Virus record (IMG/VR): IMGVR_UViG_3300050151_000071
Location: 1 to 64,000 of that record
Strand: one strand, 5' to 3'
DNA length: 64,000 nt
Source: a virus
Lineage: Duplodnaviria > Caudoviricetes
In this document: in pieces, positions 52,159 to 61,440 of the stretch
Numbering within the stretch: the first letter of the stretch is position 1
Layout: each line of letters starts with the position of its first letter
Translations under genes and position numbers: made by a program
Notes under the pieces: model-generated
Seen by the model: only the letters and a program-made list of their open reading frames with translations
Told to the model about the DNA's origin: nothing
The model's database searches: none

Positions 52159-52684
52159 TAATGTTCTTTTTCTTATAGTGTTTAATGGTAACACGATTAG
52201 GATCAAATAGAACTTCTGTATCCCAGGTGGTTATCAGAGTCTCTATGTCCCAATCTTGTTCGTTGAATGTAGGAAAGTATGTATCACCGTCAAATGTGGC
52301 ATGGATGTCAGTCAAGTACATTTCATCAGCAATATCTATTAGCATATCATAGATCTGTCCACCGCCGATTACAAATACAGTTTTGCTGTTTGTTTCTTCA
52401 GCAGTGTTGAATGCATCATCTAGAACATCACCCATTGATGAATATCCTACACCACCTTCATAACCCACCGTCTTGGGGTCAGAAGTTAATACAATGCATT
52501 TGCGTTTGGGTAGTGGCTTACGCGGTAAACTATCCCACGTCTTTCTTCCCATGATCACTACTGATTCTTTTGTAGTCATTCGGAAGTGTTGCATGTCTGC
52601 TTCAATATGATCCCACGGCATCTTACCGTCAAGACCTATTACGTTGTTAGCAGACATTGCTGCTATTAGACACAGTGAAACCAT
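52136..52684 (-). CDS. frd: dihydrofolate reductase
   Basis: IAAMSAN.VIG..GKMPW, MGRKTW.SL, IGG.QIY and GDTYFP. Confidence 0.95.
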   Translation of the reverse strand: MVSLCLIAAMSANNVIGLDGKMPWDHIEADMQHFRMTTKESVVIMGRKTWDSLPRKPLPKRKCIVLTSDPKTVGYEGGVGYSSMGDVLDDAFNTAEETNSKTVFVIGGGQIYDMLIDIADEMYLTDIHATFDGDTYFPTFNEQDWDIETLITTWDTEVLFDPNRVTIKHYKKKNINAEDLRN

Positions 52685-53550
52685 TATACAGCAACAGCCA
52701 TCGGAATATGTGGATGAGATTGATAACCTTCAATCTTCATATCAACAATTTTAAAATCTTCTAGGTTCTTAATATCGGGGTTTAGTATAAGCTTAGGTGG
52801 ATCAAAAGATTGTCTCATGATCTGCATAGCAATCGCATCTCTATGATTATCATAGACGTGAGCGTCACCAGATGTGTGGATAAATTCACCGACTTCATAT
52901 CCGCATACTTGTGCGATCAAATGAGTCAAGAGAGCATAACTGGCTATATTAAACGGCAATCCAAGTCCAATGTCAACAGACCTCTGGTATAGTTGACAAG
53001 ATAATTTCTTGTCACTAGACACAAACATTTGGAACATCATATGACACGGTGGTAGAGCCATCTCATCAATTTCTCCTGGGTTCCAAGCTGTAACAATATG
53101 TCGACGGCTATATGGATTGTTCTTTAACCCATCAATTAACTTTGCAATCTGATCGATTGGACGATTAACAAAACCTCTGTCATTGGAATAAGCATCTTCC
53201 CACCAGTCCATCTTTTCCCAACGGCGCCACTGCTTACCATAGACGGGACCAAGTTCTCCCTTATCATCAGCCCATTCGTCCCAAATGGTGACCCCACGAT
53301 CTTGCAGCCACTTAACGTTTGTACTACCAGCTAGGAACCACAAAAGCTCAATGAAGATAGACTTAGTATGAAGCTTCTTTGTTGTTAGGAGAGGAAAACC
53401 TTCTTGTAGATTGAATCTCATCTGGTGTCCAAATATAGCACTGGCCCCCGTACCAGTCCTTTCCATCCTATGGTCACCACAATCAAGAACTAATCCAGCA
53501 AGCTTAGCATATTCATTATCAAAGGTATTCATTACGATGTGTGTATCCAA
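52684..53550 (-). CDS. td: thymidylate synthase ThyA
   Basis: RTGTG, ELLWFL.G, LPPCH, YQRS.D..LGLPFN and DAHVY.NH; uninterrupted. Confidence 0.97.
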   Translation of the reverse strand: MDTHIVMNTFDNEYAKLAGLVLDCGDHRMERTGTGASAIFGHQMRFNLQEGFPLLTTKKLHTKSIFIELLWFLAGSTNVKWLQDRGVTIWDEWADDKGELGPVYGKQWRRWEKMDWWEDAYSNDRGFVNRPIDQIAKLIDGLKNNPYSRRHIVTAWNPGEIDEMALPPCHMMFQMFVSSDKKLSCQLYQRSVDIGLGLPFNIASYALLTHLIAQVCGYEVGEFIHTSGDAHVYDNHRDAIAMQIMRQSFDPPKLILNPDIKNLEDFKIVDMKIEGYQSHPHIPMAVAV

Positions 53551-54569
53551 CTGGCTAATTGTAACTGGCCTGCTATGCCTGTAAATGTATTGTTATCGAT
53601 GGTGAGTGCAATGTCAGCAGCAGAAGCCCCATTAAGGACCATCTGGTTAACATCTTTACCGTCTGTCTTCTTTGGCCATATACAAACGTTATAGCCATCT
53701 TTCATCAGACGCTCCATTCGATCAGTGATATGCTTACCTCTTCGTTCATTATCGAAGACGTACACTAACCGATCTTTTGTTGTGCCTGTGTATTCTAAAA
53801 TCAGATCTGGTGAACAATCCGCTCCAGCTAGAGCAATTGCATTGGGTATGAATAAAGAATCGATCGGACCCTCCAGGATATAAATCTTCCTGTTCGGGTC
53901 TACTTTATCTAGTCCAAAGAGCTTGGGAGTTGAATCGGATTCATCGAACCGAATCGTAATATATCTTTGGGTTTGCTTTGATGTTAGAGCTCGACCTTGA
54001 ACGCCGAATAAACGTCCCTTTCGATCGATTAATGGAATGACGAGCCTTGGATCGATTTCAGGAGTAAACTCTATTTTATCAGGGATTAACTCATTGATCC
54101 ACTTGATGAAATTTAGATGGAAGTATAATCTCGAATGGACATTTGGCGGAATTAAACGAGACTCAACGTACGTCTTAGCTTTATGTGTGTGGGGTAGTTG
54201 GGAGATACGTTTGACGTTCTTCAGTATTCCTGATGTTTCATACTTGGGTTTTGTGTACTCCAAGATAGGATCTGATTGGCGCTCAAGTTTCTTTTCACCA
54301 AACTCATCCATGCAGTAGTCATTGTATAGATCGGGGTGATGGTCTTTAAGAAAGAAGAAAAGCTTCCCTCCCTTGCCACACTTATGACACTTGTACTTTA
54401 ACGACCCTTTATCTTCGTAGATGTAGAACCTAGTCTTGCGTTTGTTAGTTGCAGAGTCACCACACAGAGGACATCTACTTTTGAAGAGGTTTCTTTTAAC
54501 CGTCTTGAATCTCTCCAGACGGAACGCCAGCATGTTAGCATATTTGATATCGAGCTGTAAATTACTCAT
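53532..54569 (-). CDS. gp61: DNA primase (T4 gp61-like)
   Basis: RCPLCGDS, CHKC, QGRAL, EGPIDSLF and DNE.R. Confidence 0.95.
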   Translation of the reverse strand: MSNLQLDIKYANMLAFRLERFKTVKRNLFKSRCPLCGDSATNKRKTRFYIYEDKGSLKYKCHKCGKGGKLFFFLKDHHPDLYNDYCMDEFGEKKLERQSDPILEYTKPKYETSGILKNVKRISQLPHTHKAKTYVESRLIPPNVHSRLYFHLNFIKWINELIPDKIEFTPEIDPRLVIPLIDRKGRLFGVQGRALTSKQTQRYITIRFDESDSTPKLFGLDKVDPNRKIYILEGPIDSLFIPNAIALAGADCSPDLILEYTGTTKDRLVYVFDNERRGKHITDRMERLMKDGYNVCIWPKKTDGKDVNQMVLNGASAADIALTIDNNTFTGIAGQLQLASWIHTS

Positions 54570-54633
54570 TATTAATCAATGGCGCGGGTGAAGCGCCTCA
54601 CTTAAGTTACAATGTCATGGAATCAACAGACGA

Positions 54634-54662
54634 ATTATCCGACAAAGCGAATAAAAGGTCAA
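54634..54662 (-). promoter_or_regulatory. early promoter upstream of primase
   Basis: TTGACC-N17-GATAAT. Confidence 0.6.
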
Positions 54663-54668
54663 CAAATT

Positions 54669-55031
54669 TTAGAAAATCTTTTCTAAACCAACACTTAGCA
54701 GAATTGATGCAATAGCCCAAATGCCACCGATGATCCAAGTAGCGCCCTGACGGAAGCCTTTTTGCTCTCCCAACTCTACTTTTAGATCTTCTAAGTTATC
54801 AGATAGCTCTTCGACATCTGTTTCTACAGATTCAATTTTCTTCTCAACACGACTGATCTCTTTGTCAACGTCGATAGTTTCGAGTGCAGTGACTCGACCC
54901 ATTAAGTCGAAGAACTTTTGGTATATTTCCATCGTGCGGTCGTCTAATCTCTTTAGAGTATCGACGACGAGTTTGCGGTATGAACTCCAATCTTCTGAGT
55001 AAGAAGAGGCGTCAACTGGTGTGTTGGTCAT
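54669..55031 (-). CDS. coiled-coil protein with a C-terminal TM helix
   Basis: Heptad region followed by WIIGGIWAIASILLSVG. Confidence 0.7.
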   Translation of the reverse strand: MTNTPVDASSYSEDWSSYRKLVVDTLKRLDDRTMEIYQKFFDLMGRVTALETIDVDKEISRVEKKIESVETDVEELSDNLEDLKVELGEQKGFRQGATWIIGGIWAIASILLSVGLEKIF

Positions 55032-55197
55032 CTGTTAGCGTCTTTCGTTTCTGGAGTCTATCTTCAATCGGACTTTGAACTTTCCAAAACACAAAACATT
55101 CACTAACAGTCGGAGCATCCAAATCATTTGGTATATTTAGCGATTTGGAGAGTTGCTCAATCTCTGATATAGCGCGGGATATAGATGGTGAGCGCAT
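55012..55197 (-). CDS. hypothetical protein
   Basis: Start directly follows the upstream stop. Confidence 0.5.
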   Translation of the reverse strand: MRSPSISRAISEIEQLSKSLNIPNDLDAPTVSECFVFWKVQSPIEDRLQKRKTLTDDQHTS

Positions 55198-55362
55198 TTA
55201 TTTCACCATCTTCTTACGAGTTAAGACGTCAGCCATAACAACAGCTAACTTATTCTTTTTGTTTACGCCGGGTTCGCCGTTAGGACCAACGCCAATTCCT
55301 GCAACAGCGCCGGAGCCAGCCGTGCACATGTCTTCTTTTAGATCTTGTTTTTTCTCAGCCAT
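55198..55362 (-). CDS. 54-aa Gly-rich protein
   Basis: MAEKKQDLKED...AGIG.GPNGEPGVNKK; not in the ORF track. Confidence 0.6.
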   Translation of the reverse strand: MAEKKQDLKEDMCTAGSGAVAGIGVGPNGEPGVNKKNKLAVVMADVLTRKKMVK

Positions 55363-55709
55363 AGCACAACATCCGAGTCCAAAGTTATTGTTGAAGTGAA
55401 CACAGTGTTCACTCTTTCAGGTAATCTATTCAACGCAATTAAGAAAGGGGCCAACTGAGGCAAGTACTCTCTCAACTCATGGAACAACAACGCGGGAGCC
55501 ACGGAACCAAACATGTTGTATATTACTATGATGTGGTTGAAGATTAAACGCTCTTTCAACTCACCGGTACGCAAATAAGAATTAAAGAGTCTCTTTATCA
55601 GTGAGAACCGACGAAGATCATCTTGGAACTCTTGGTCGGTAGCAGCAATATCATCATAATACTTTGCTGCTACCAACGTAAAATTTTCACTCGTTACAAT
55701 ACTAACCAT
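55338..55709 (-). CDS. conserved T4-like-phage hypothetical protein
   Basis: NF.L.A.KYYD, F.DDLRRF..IKRL and GELKERLI.NH. Confidence 0.8.
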   Translation of the reverse strand: MVSIVTSENFTLVAAKYYDDIAATDQEFQDDLRRFSLIKRLFNSYLRTGELKERLIFNHIIVIYNMFGSVAPALLFHELREYLPQLAPFLIALNRLPERVNTVFTSTITLDSDVVLWLRKNKI

Positions 55710-55730
55710 TATATAAAGCTTATTTTAACC

Positions 55731-56357
55731 TTACTGTTTTGTATGTAGATTAGCATTGGTCAAATGTGTTGTAGCTTCTCCCAATGTCTTAGAAACTTCA
55801 CATAAGGCTCCATGAGCTTTTGCAATGTGTGCTTTATAAACTGGGTCATCCGATGAACTGTGTAGGTGCTCTAAAACTGAACGAGCATGTTCTACACTGT
55901 CGTGGGAATGTTGAATTGATTTATTTGCAAACGTATGATGCAATTCAACAGAAGGTGTTATTAAACCTTTAACAAAAGCACCGATTGTAGATTCTTCCGT
56001 AATCGGTGCTAATTCATCAACTACAACCGGCGCCGTAGGAACTGGTGCAACTGGAACCGGACTTGCGCTCTCAAGAACGGACACGACTTTGGCCCCATTC
56101 TCTGCAGCAATTCGCTGTAGCATAGAACCAAACCCGTTTGTCTTAACTGGGCCAGCCGTACTAGCTGGGATTCGAGTTGAGATTGCTGCGTTTGTTCTTG
56201 ATTCGTTAATAGCATTAGTAACCTGTACAGGATCGCTAGATTGTGCTGAAGCTATAGCACTTAGAAATCCTGGGGCCATAGACGCACCGGAAGGTGCAGC
56301 TTGTGTTGGCTGCACCTTCGCTAAGATATCTTTAAAAGATGAGACTGTGTTTGACAT
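55731..56357 (-). CDS. hypothetical late protein (Ala/Pro-rich, His-rich tail)
   Basis: 208-aa ORF in a late operon. Confidence 0.7.
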   Translation of the reverse strand: MSNTVSSFKDILAKVQPTQAAPSGASMAPGFLSAIASAQSSDPVQVTNAINESRTNAAISTRIPASTAGPVKTNGFGSMLQRIAAENGAKVVSVLESASPVPVAPVPTAPVVVDELAPITEESTIGAFVKGLITPSVELHHTFANKSIQHSHDSVEHARSVLEHLHSSSDDPVYKAHIAKAHGALCEVSKTLGEATTHLTNANLHTKQ

Positions 56358-56371
56358 TATGAAACTATCGC

Positions 56372-56914
56372 TTAGGCTACAGCAACGTTAGCTGATGCAC
56401 CTGGTGCATCTCGTACGCCCGTCACCACAGCTGTCGTAAAGCTTAGAGTTGCTGCAACGGTTTCAGCATCAACGATACTACCACCAGCTAATGCAACTGA
56501 TTGGTTACCAATTGAAAGCGTTTGTGTTACGGAAGGAACAGTGAACTTGAAGTTCAACTTGTTGGTACCTGAACCAGAGTTGTACGTTGCAACAGCGTTA
56601 CCGCTAGCACCGTTACCTGTTACAGCAAGAGTAGGACTTCCTGTTACGGTAACCTTTTCGTTAAATGCTACTGTAACGAAAGCGTTCGCATTTGCTTGCA
56701 CATAAGATGCAGCTGTGTTAGCAAAGAAGACAGCTGTAATATTTGAGTTTGCAAGAGCAGCAGCTAAACCACCAATTGATACAAGCAATTCTTCTGTACC
56801 ATCGTCTCTCTTTTGAACCCAACCTAAAGATGTAGCAAACGTATTGGTCTTTTCAGGCCCGCTTAGATACTTTGGCTTAGATTCATCTGAAGTAGTTGTA
56901 CCCCAAAGTGGCAT
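56372..56914 (-). CDS. putative virion/head decoration protein (MPLWG N-domain + Ig-like)
   Basis: MPLWG..DESKPKYL, GWV and EELLVSIGGL; CTAAATA at 56957-56951. Confidence 0.75.
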   Translation of the reverse strand: MPLWGTTTSDESKPKYLSGPEKTNTFATSLGWVQKRDDGTEELLVSIGGLAAALANSNITAVFFANTAASYVQANANAFVTVAFNEKVTVTGSPTLAVTGNGASGNAVATYNSGSGTNKLNFKFTVPSVTQTLSIGNQSVALAGGSIVDAETVAATLSFTTAVVTGVRDAPGASANVAVA

Positions 56915-56974
56915 ATATTGATCTCCCAGATAGGATTGTTTTTCTAATCCTATTTAGTGTCAAAGTGATTGCCA

Positions 56975-57391
56975 TTACGTCTCAGTATGATTTTTATATG
57001 CTTGAACAGCGTCAGCATGTCTTTTAGAGATTTGAAGCAACCCATGTTGAGAGGTATGATCGTTCATTCGAGGATCTTTAGCTGCTTGCTGTATAGCGTG
57101 AGTTACCGCTTGTAGTGCCGCGCCAACTCCATGCATCGGATGAGGGGGTGGAGTGTCCTTATGTCGCTCGTGAGTTTCAATTGAATGATGAGCGGCAGCC
57201 TTGACTGTTTTAAACGGCTCAGGACTAACTCCAACTTGATTTTTCACATGGTAGTCGGTTCTGTACTTAACACCAAGCAAACTTCGAATTGGTTTAGAGA
57301 TTGGTTCAATTACAGCTACAACAACTTTTGTAGGCTTGTGAATAACATGAAAGTTATCGAACTGAGTTTTTTCTACTCTATAATTAGACAT
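56975..57391 (-). CDS. hypothetical His-rich protein
   Basis: 138-aa ORF. Confidence 0.7.
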   Translation of the reverse strand: MSNYRVEKTQFDNFHVIHKPTKVVVAVIEPISKPIRSLLGVKYRTDYHVKNQVGVSPEPFKTVKAAAHHSIETHERHKDTPPPHPMHGVGAALQAVTHAIQQAAKDPRMNDHTSQHGLLQISKRHADAVQAYKNHTET

Positions 57392-58250
57392 TACGGTTAC
57401 GATACTCTACAATACTTTGTAATACTTTGGTTTCGATAGTAGTTGATTCTGATACAAGAAGATTTTGCAAGGTCATGCTGTAGCGCAATTGCTCAAACAC
57501 TTCTTGTGCTGGTAGGTTAGCTGGTAAGCCTTCTTTGAATGATTCAAAATTACCGTCTTGTGCATACTCACGCATCTTGGTAGCTGAGATGTTTTCAGAT
57601 AGAACTTCCGATTTAGCGTTGCGTTCTAAGACTACAACCTCTGCATCTTCAAATACAAACTCTGAACCATTATACACTGAAAGCATTCTCAGGTAATCAG
57701 CTTCGTGCTCTTCACCTGTTACGACAACAATGTTATCATAGTGTTCTGCAATGTGAGCAAACAGACTGATCGGATCTTTGATTGAAGCTTCATCGATCGT
57801 GTAGATCTTATCACCAAAAGCTTCTTCAACTAAAACCATACGTTCAGAAAGAGTTAATGGATTCTTTGCGTTCACCGTGTTTGATAAGCATAGTAGAGGT
57901 ACGCCACCAACTTCTTCGGCAATTGATGCTACTGCATCAACAAGAGCTTCGTGTCCAACTGTAGGGGGATTCATACGTCCCCATGCGACAACAGCCGTCT
58001 TAAGCTCTTCGTGTATGCCCTTCAAGCGTGGACGTACAACAATAAGAGCTGCCTTCTGTCCAGAGTGCGTCTTGCCCTTCTTTGGGCGTACAGCTTCTGG
58101 TGGAGTATTCAGAGTACTAGCGGGAGCCTTCGACTTCCGTTTAATGGGAGGCTTAGTGCCTGGCTTCTTAGGAGCAGCGTTTGTGGTACGCTGCTTAAGC
58201 GGATCCTTTTTCTTAGGCGCTTTGTTGACGATAGACTTTGCTGCAGGCAT
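57384..58250 (-). CDS. cytidylyltransferase-like HIGH-family nucleotidyltransferase
   Basis: WGRMNPPTVGH, NPL, SATKMR; CTAAATA at 58277-58271. Confidence 0.8.
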   Translation of the reverse strand: MPAAKSIVNKAPKKKDPLKQRTTNAAPKKPGTKPPIKRKSKAPASTLNTPPEAVRPKKGKTHSGQKAALIVVRPRLKGIHEELKTAVVAWGRMNPPTVGHEALVDAVASIAEEVGGVPLLCLSNTVNAKNPLTLSERMVLVEEAFGDKIYTIDEASIKDPISLFAHIAEHYDNIVVVTGEEHEADYLRMLSVYNGSEFVFEDAEVVVLERNAKSEVLSENISATKMREYAQDGNFESFKEGLPANLPAQEVFEQLRYSMTLQNLLVSESTTIETKVLQSIVEYRNRNV

Positions 58251-58269
58251 GAGTGTTTCCCTTTTACAC

Positions 58270-59064
58270 TTATTTAGGAATTGTCCAGCCGCGTTTTACG
58301 TTTGGATCTTTATTTGCTTTGGTGAAGTGGTCTTTATCTACTAGTTTGACAAACAGAGGTCCACTCTGGATTACAAATCCTTCGTGCCCCGGAACCACCG
58401 TTCTGCTAGTGAACTCTGTTGCCTCGTAAGTGATAAAAGCTGAAACCCGATCCATTGCGATCTCGTTAAGAGCTTTGATCATATCAGCTTTCCACGCCAT
58501 TACATCGTCCAATGATGCATTGTGTGTACCTCGAAGAAGGGGTAGAACTTTCTCTTCAATGTCCACGTTAGGTTGCCAAATCATAGAACAGGTATATGGA
58601 GCCGTTCCTTGAAGTTGCGTGTGGACAGCTAAGCCCATTACGAATGGAGTGTTGTGTCTTCTGTAGAAGTCCTTCAAGATATAAGATACGATGTTTGGTT
58701 GGAACGGTTTTGTTGCTGCCATCACCCCATCGAACATAACATCTGCAAAATAGATGTTTCCGTGCTCAGGTGGGAAATATGAGATGACATTAAACAGCTT
58801 AACCATAATGTCAATCAATTGTTGATTGCGACCAGCTAAGGTTGTTTGGATATCTTCAACGCTGTAGAACAACTGAGGAGTCTTGTTGAAGTATCCCTTA
58901 GTAGCAACAAAGATACCATTATCGTTATGGCCGAAGACAACAGCAGGGGATCCATCATATTTGATAGAGATCTTTGCTGTCCCTGACAGAATGTCTTCCA
59001 TCAAAATTTGAATAGGTCGAATGCCATGTTTGTGGTACAGGTCTTCTATGTGAACAATGCCCAT
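58270..59064 (-). CDS. conserved protein with ligase-like KxDG and EG motifs
   Basis: KYDGSPAVVFG, FVATKG.FNK, HEGFV and KLVDK..F. Confidence 0.7.
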   Translation of the reverse strand: MGIVHIEDLYHKHGIRPIQILMEDILSGTAKISIKYDGSPAVVFGHNDNGIFVATKGYFNKTPQLFYSVEDIQTTLAGRNQQLIDIMVKLFNVISYFPPEHGNIYFADVMFDGVMAATKPFQPNIVSYILKDFYRRHNTPFVMGLAVHTQLQGTAPYTCSMIWQPNVDIEEKVLPLLRGTHNASLDDVMAWKADMIKALNEIAMDRVSAFITYEATEFTSRTVVPGHEGFVIQSGPLFVKLVDKDHFTKANKDPNVKRGWTIPK

Positions 59065-59717
59065 TAGATTTTCACCTTCATTCTAGGATTGGCTCTAGCG
59101 TCCGCTACCATTTCAGACTTATGTGGATCGTTGTGTAAGTAGTCCAGAATAGCTGGAACCGTTTTAATGTCCATAGGACGAGCATCAGGACCTAATAGAG
59201 CTTTAGCCACACCAGCGGTATCAATAGCAACGACTGACAAATCTTCCCTGTCGATGAGCTTACCAGCAAATGGATCAAACTTCAACCCCTTATACTTCGC
59301 AATGGATGCGTACAGTATAAAGAGATCGGAACTAGAAAAAGAAGGATCGTTGTATGCATTCCCATGTTGATGAAACTGCGCCACCCTGTTAGCATCTTCT
59401 AATACAAAGATGTCGACTTGGACCCACTCAGAACCATTAGGCATTAGTGCGTGGACTATCCGTCCGCTCTGTTTGCATTCTATTAGCTGATGTTCCAAAA
59501 GCTTTCTGATATATTGTCTTGCTAACTGTTCGTTATCGAACCGGTTAGCGTTTACAAAAACATCGATATCGTTTGCTGTAGCTTTATAATGGGAACTTCC
59601 AATTCCTGTTATAAGACGTATCCCCTCACTCGCTAAGATCTCTGCAAGTCGTTTCTCAACATCCATAACGTCCCTTATTTTAATGGGAGACGCTTGAGGA
59701 AACATATTACCGCTCAT
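59064..59717 (-). CDS. Pol-beta-type nucleotidyltransferase-like protein
   Basis: GIGS......DIDV and WVQVDI. Confidence 0.6.
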   Translation of the reverse strand: MSGNMFPQASPIKIRDVMDVEKRLAEILASEGIRLITGIGSSHYKATANDIDVFVNANRFDNEQLARQYIRKLLEHQLIECKQSGRIVHALMPNGSEWVQVDIFVLEDANRVAQFHQHGNAYNDPSFSSSDLFILYASIAKYKGLKFDPFAGKLIDREDLSVVAIDTAGVAKALLGPDARPMDIKTVPAILDYLHNDPHKSEMVADARANPRMKVKI

Positions 59718-59735
59718 AGCAGCACCTTAAAAAAT

Positions 59736-59765
59736 CACCCGGATGCCCGTTAAGACATCCGGGTG
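59736..59765 (-). terminator. GC-rich hairpin terminator
   Basis: CACCCGGATG/CATCCGGGTG 10-bp stem followed by ATTTTTT. Confidence 0.65.
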
Positions 59766-59800
59766 AGGGCATAGCCTAAGTTTAATGGAGACAGCTGAAA

Positions 59801-60052
59801 TCAGCCGACTTTAATAGTATCTTCGATATCGTCCCTAAAATCAACAAGTTTCTTAAAGTGGTCAAGATTAGAAACAAAGAAGGACGGCATAAGGGTATTG
59901 AAGCCTCGTCCGTTATTAAGTCCATGCGCAATTGATTGAGCTCGGACGAATTCACTATAGCTCTTAACTATAGTATTGCTGGGTTCTTCTACTATGTTAT
60001 ACACAAGTTTATTGCCAGAGTCATAATCGCGTTTAACATTATACTTGACCAT
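59801..60052 (-). CDS. hypothetical protein
   Basis: 83-aa ORF after gp41. Confidence 0.7.
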   Translation of the reverse strand: MVKYNVKRDYDSGNKLVYNIVEEPSNTIVKSYSEFVRAQSIAHGLNNGRGFNTLMPSFFVSNLDHFKKLVDFRDDIEDTIKVG

Positions 60053-60054
60053 TA

Positions 60055-61434
60055 CTAACTAAAATCTCCAAACATATCAGCTTTTGCTGAGGTACTAGAC
60101 ACATTACGCTTACCAGGAACAGTTACCTCTTCCTTCGACTGTTGCGGTGGCTGGGCAGAGTCTTCCAGATCATACCAACGCATCTTTGGTTTATCGCAAC
60201 CAATTAAGAAGCTCTTTCTATAGTTTAAGTCTCTATAGCGATTCTTCTGTTGCTTTACCTTCAGTTGACCCATCCGATCCAAGTCATCCGATCCAATGAT
60301 TATGATGGCCAAGTCAGCAGTCATGGGAACACCAAAACTGTCTGACACGTCACCCATATCAGGATCAGAGTCTTTGAAACCTTCACGGTTAAGTTGTGTT
60401 GCAGTCCATAGACCTGCGTCAGTTTCTTTTGCGAAACCACGCAGCTCTTCTGCAATCGCTTTGTTATATGTGTATAAGCTGTCAGCGTTCTTGAATCGAT
60501 CGCTGGCGCAGATGTTCAAGTAATCGACGAAGATTATATCTGGAACAAAATTCTCCTTGATCTTTAATTCATTGACAAGGAACCTAAAGTTTGCAACACT
60601 TGCACCCGAAGTTGGATATTCCTTAATGCGGAGTTTACCAACTGTTCGAGAACGAATATGTTCTACTTTGTTCAGATAAGCAGTTTTGGACATCTTTGGA
60701 ATTTGATCCAAAGACTGTCCCATCAAGTTGCCGTCGATACGGAGGCGGATTTTCTCTTCCGCTTCTTCCATCGTGATGTAGAGTACGTTATACCCCATTG
60801 TCATATAGCCAGCAGCTAAGTGACACATACCCAAAGTCTTACCGGAGTGTGTACCTCCGATGATTAGGTTTAGAGTCTTTCTAGTGATACCACCACTTGT
60901 GATGTCATTTAGTACATCAATATCGAATGGTATCTTGGTTTGAGGACTTGTGTAGTAGTCGTACTGATGTTCAGCATCCATGAAGTAGTCGTGACCCAAT
61001 CGAGTGTCAAAACTAACTGATAGAGCCTCACGCATTATTTCAGGAATCGATGTCTTGGTTAGGTGTTTTTCATTACCTTTCATGATCTCGATCGACTTCA
61101 TCATACTGTTGTGCAATGCACGTTCTTGACAGAACTGTTCAGTTTGATCTACAAGCCATTGGAGGTCCCCTCCAACTTCTACGTTGGAGAGGCCTTTTAC
61201 TTCTTCGACAATCGATTCGTATAGTTTCTCATTAATGTTCTGGAGTTTAGAAGATTCTATCTCCAGAACATCTAACGTGGCACACTTATTGTATTTTCTA
61301 AAGTATTCGTCTGCAATCAGATAGATGGCTTGCTGAGCCTTATCTGCAAAATATTCCTTCCTTAGAAACGGTACTACTTTACGAGCGTATTCTTCGTTGC
61401 TCGTAATACTTTTCAATACTAGATTGTCTAACAT
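60055..61434 (-). CDS. gp41: replicative DNA helicase (T4 gp41-like)
   Basis: GGTHSGKT, YITMEE, KEYPT, IFVDYLNI, ELRGFA and TATQLNR.G. Confidence 0.95.
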   Translation of the reverse strand: MLDNLVLKSITSNEEYARKVVPFLRKEYFADKAQQAIYLIADEYFRKYNKCATLDVLEIESSKLQNINEKLYESIVEEVKGLSNVEVGGDLQWLVDQTEQFCQERALHNSMMKSIEIMKGNEKHLTKTSIPEIMREALSVSFDTRLGHDYFMDAEHQYDYYTSPQTKIPFDIDVLNDITSGGITRKTLNLIIGGTHSGKTLGMCHLAAGYMTMGYNVLYITMEEAEEKIRLRIDGNLMGQSLDQIPKMSKTAYLNKVEHIRSRTVGKLRIKEYPTSGASVANFRFLVNELKIKENFVPDIIFVDYLNICASDRFKNADSLYTYNKAIAEELRGFAKETDAGLWTATQLNREGFKDSDPDMGDVSDSFGVPMTADLAIIIIGSDDLDRMGQLKVKQQKNRYRDLNYRKSFLIGCDKPKMRWYDLEDSAQPPQQSKEEVTVPGKRNVSSTSAKADMFGDFS

Positions 61435-61440
61435 CTATTA

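Noticed and set aside
48758-53550. Introns or inteins in nrdA, nrdB or td, as in T4
   Set aside because: All three ORFs are continuous and of normal length
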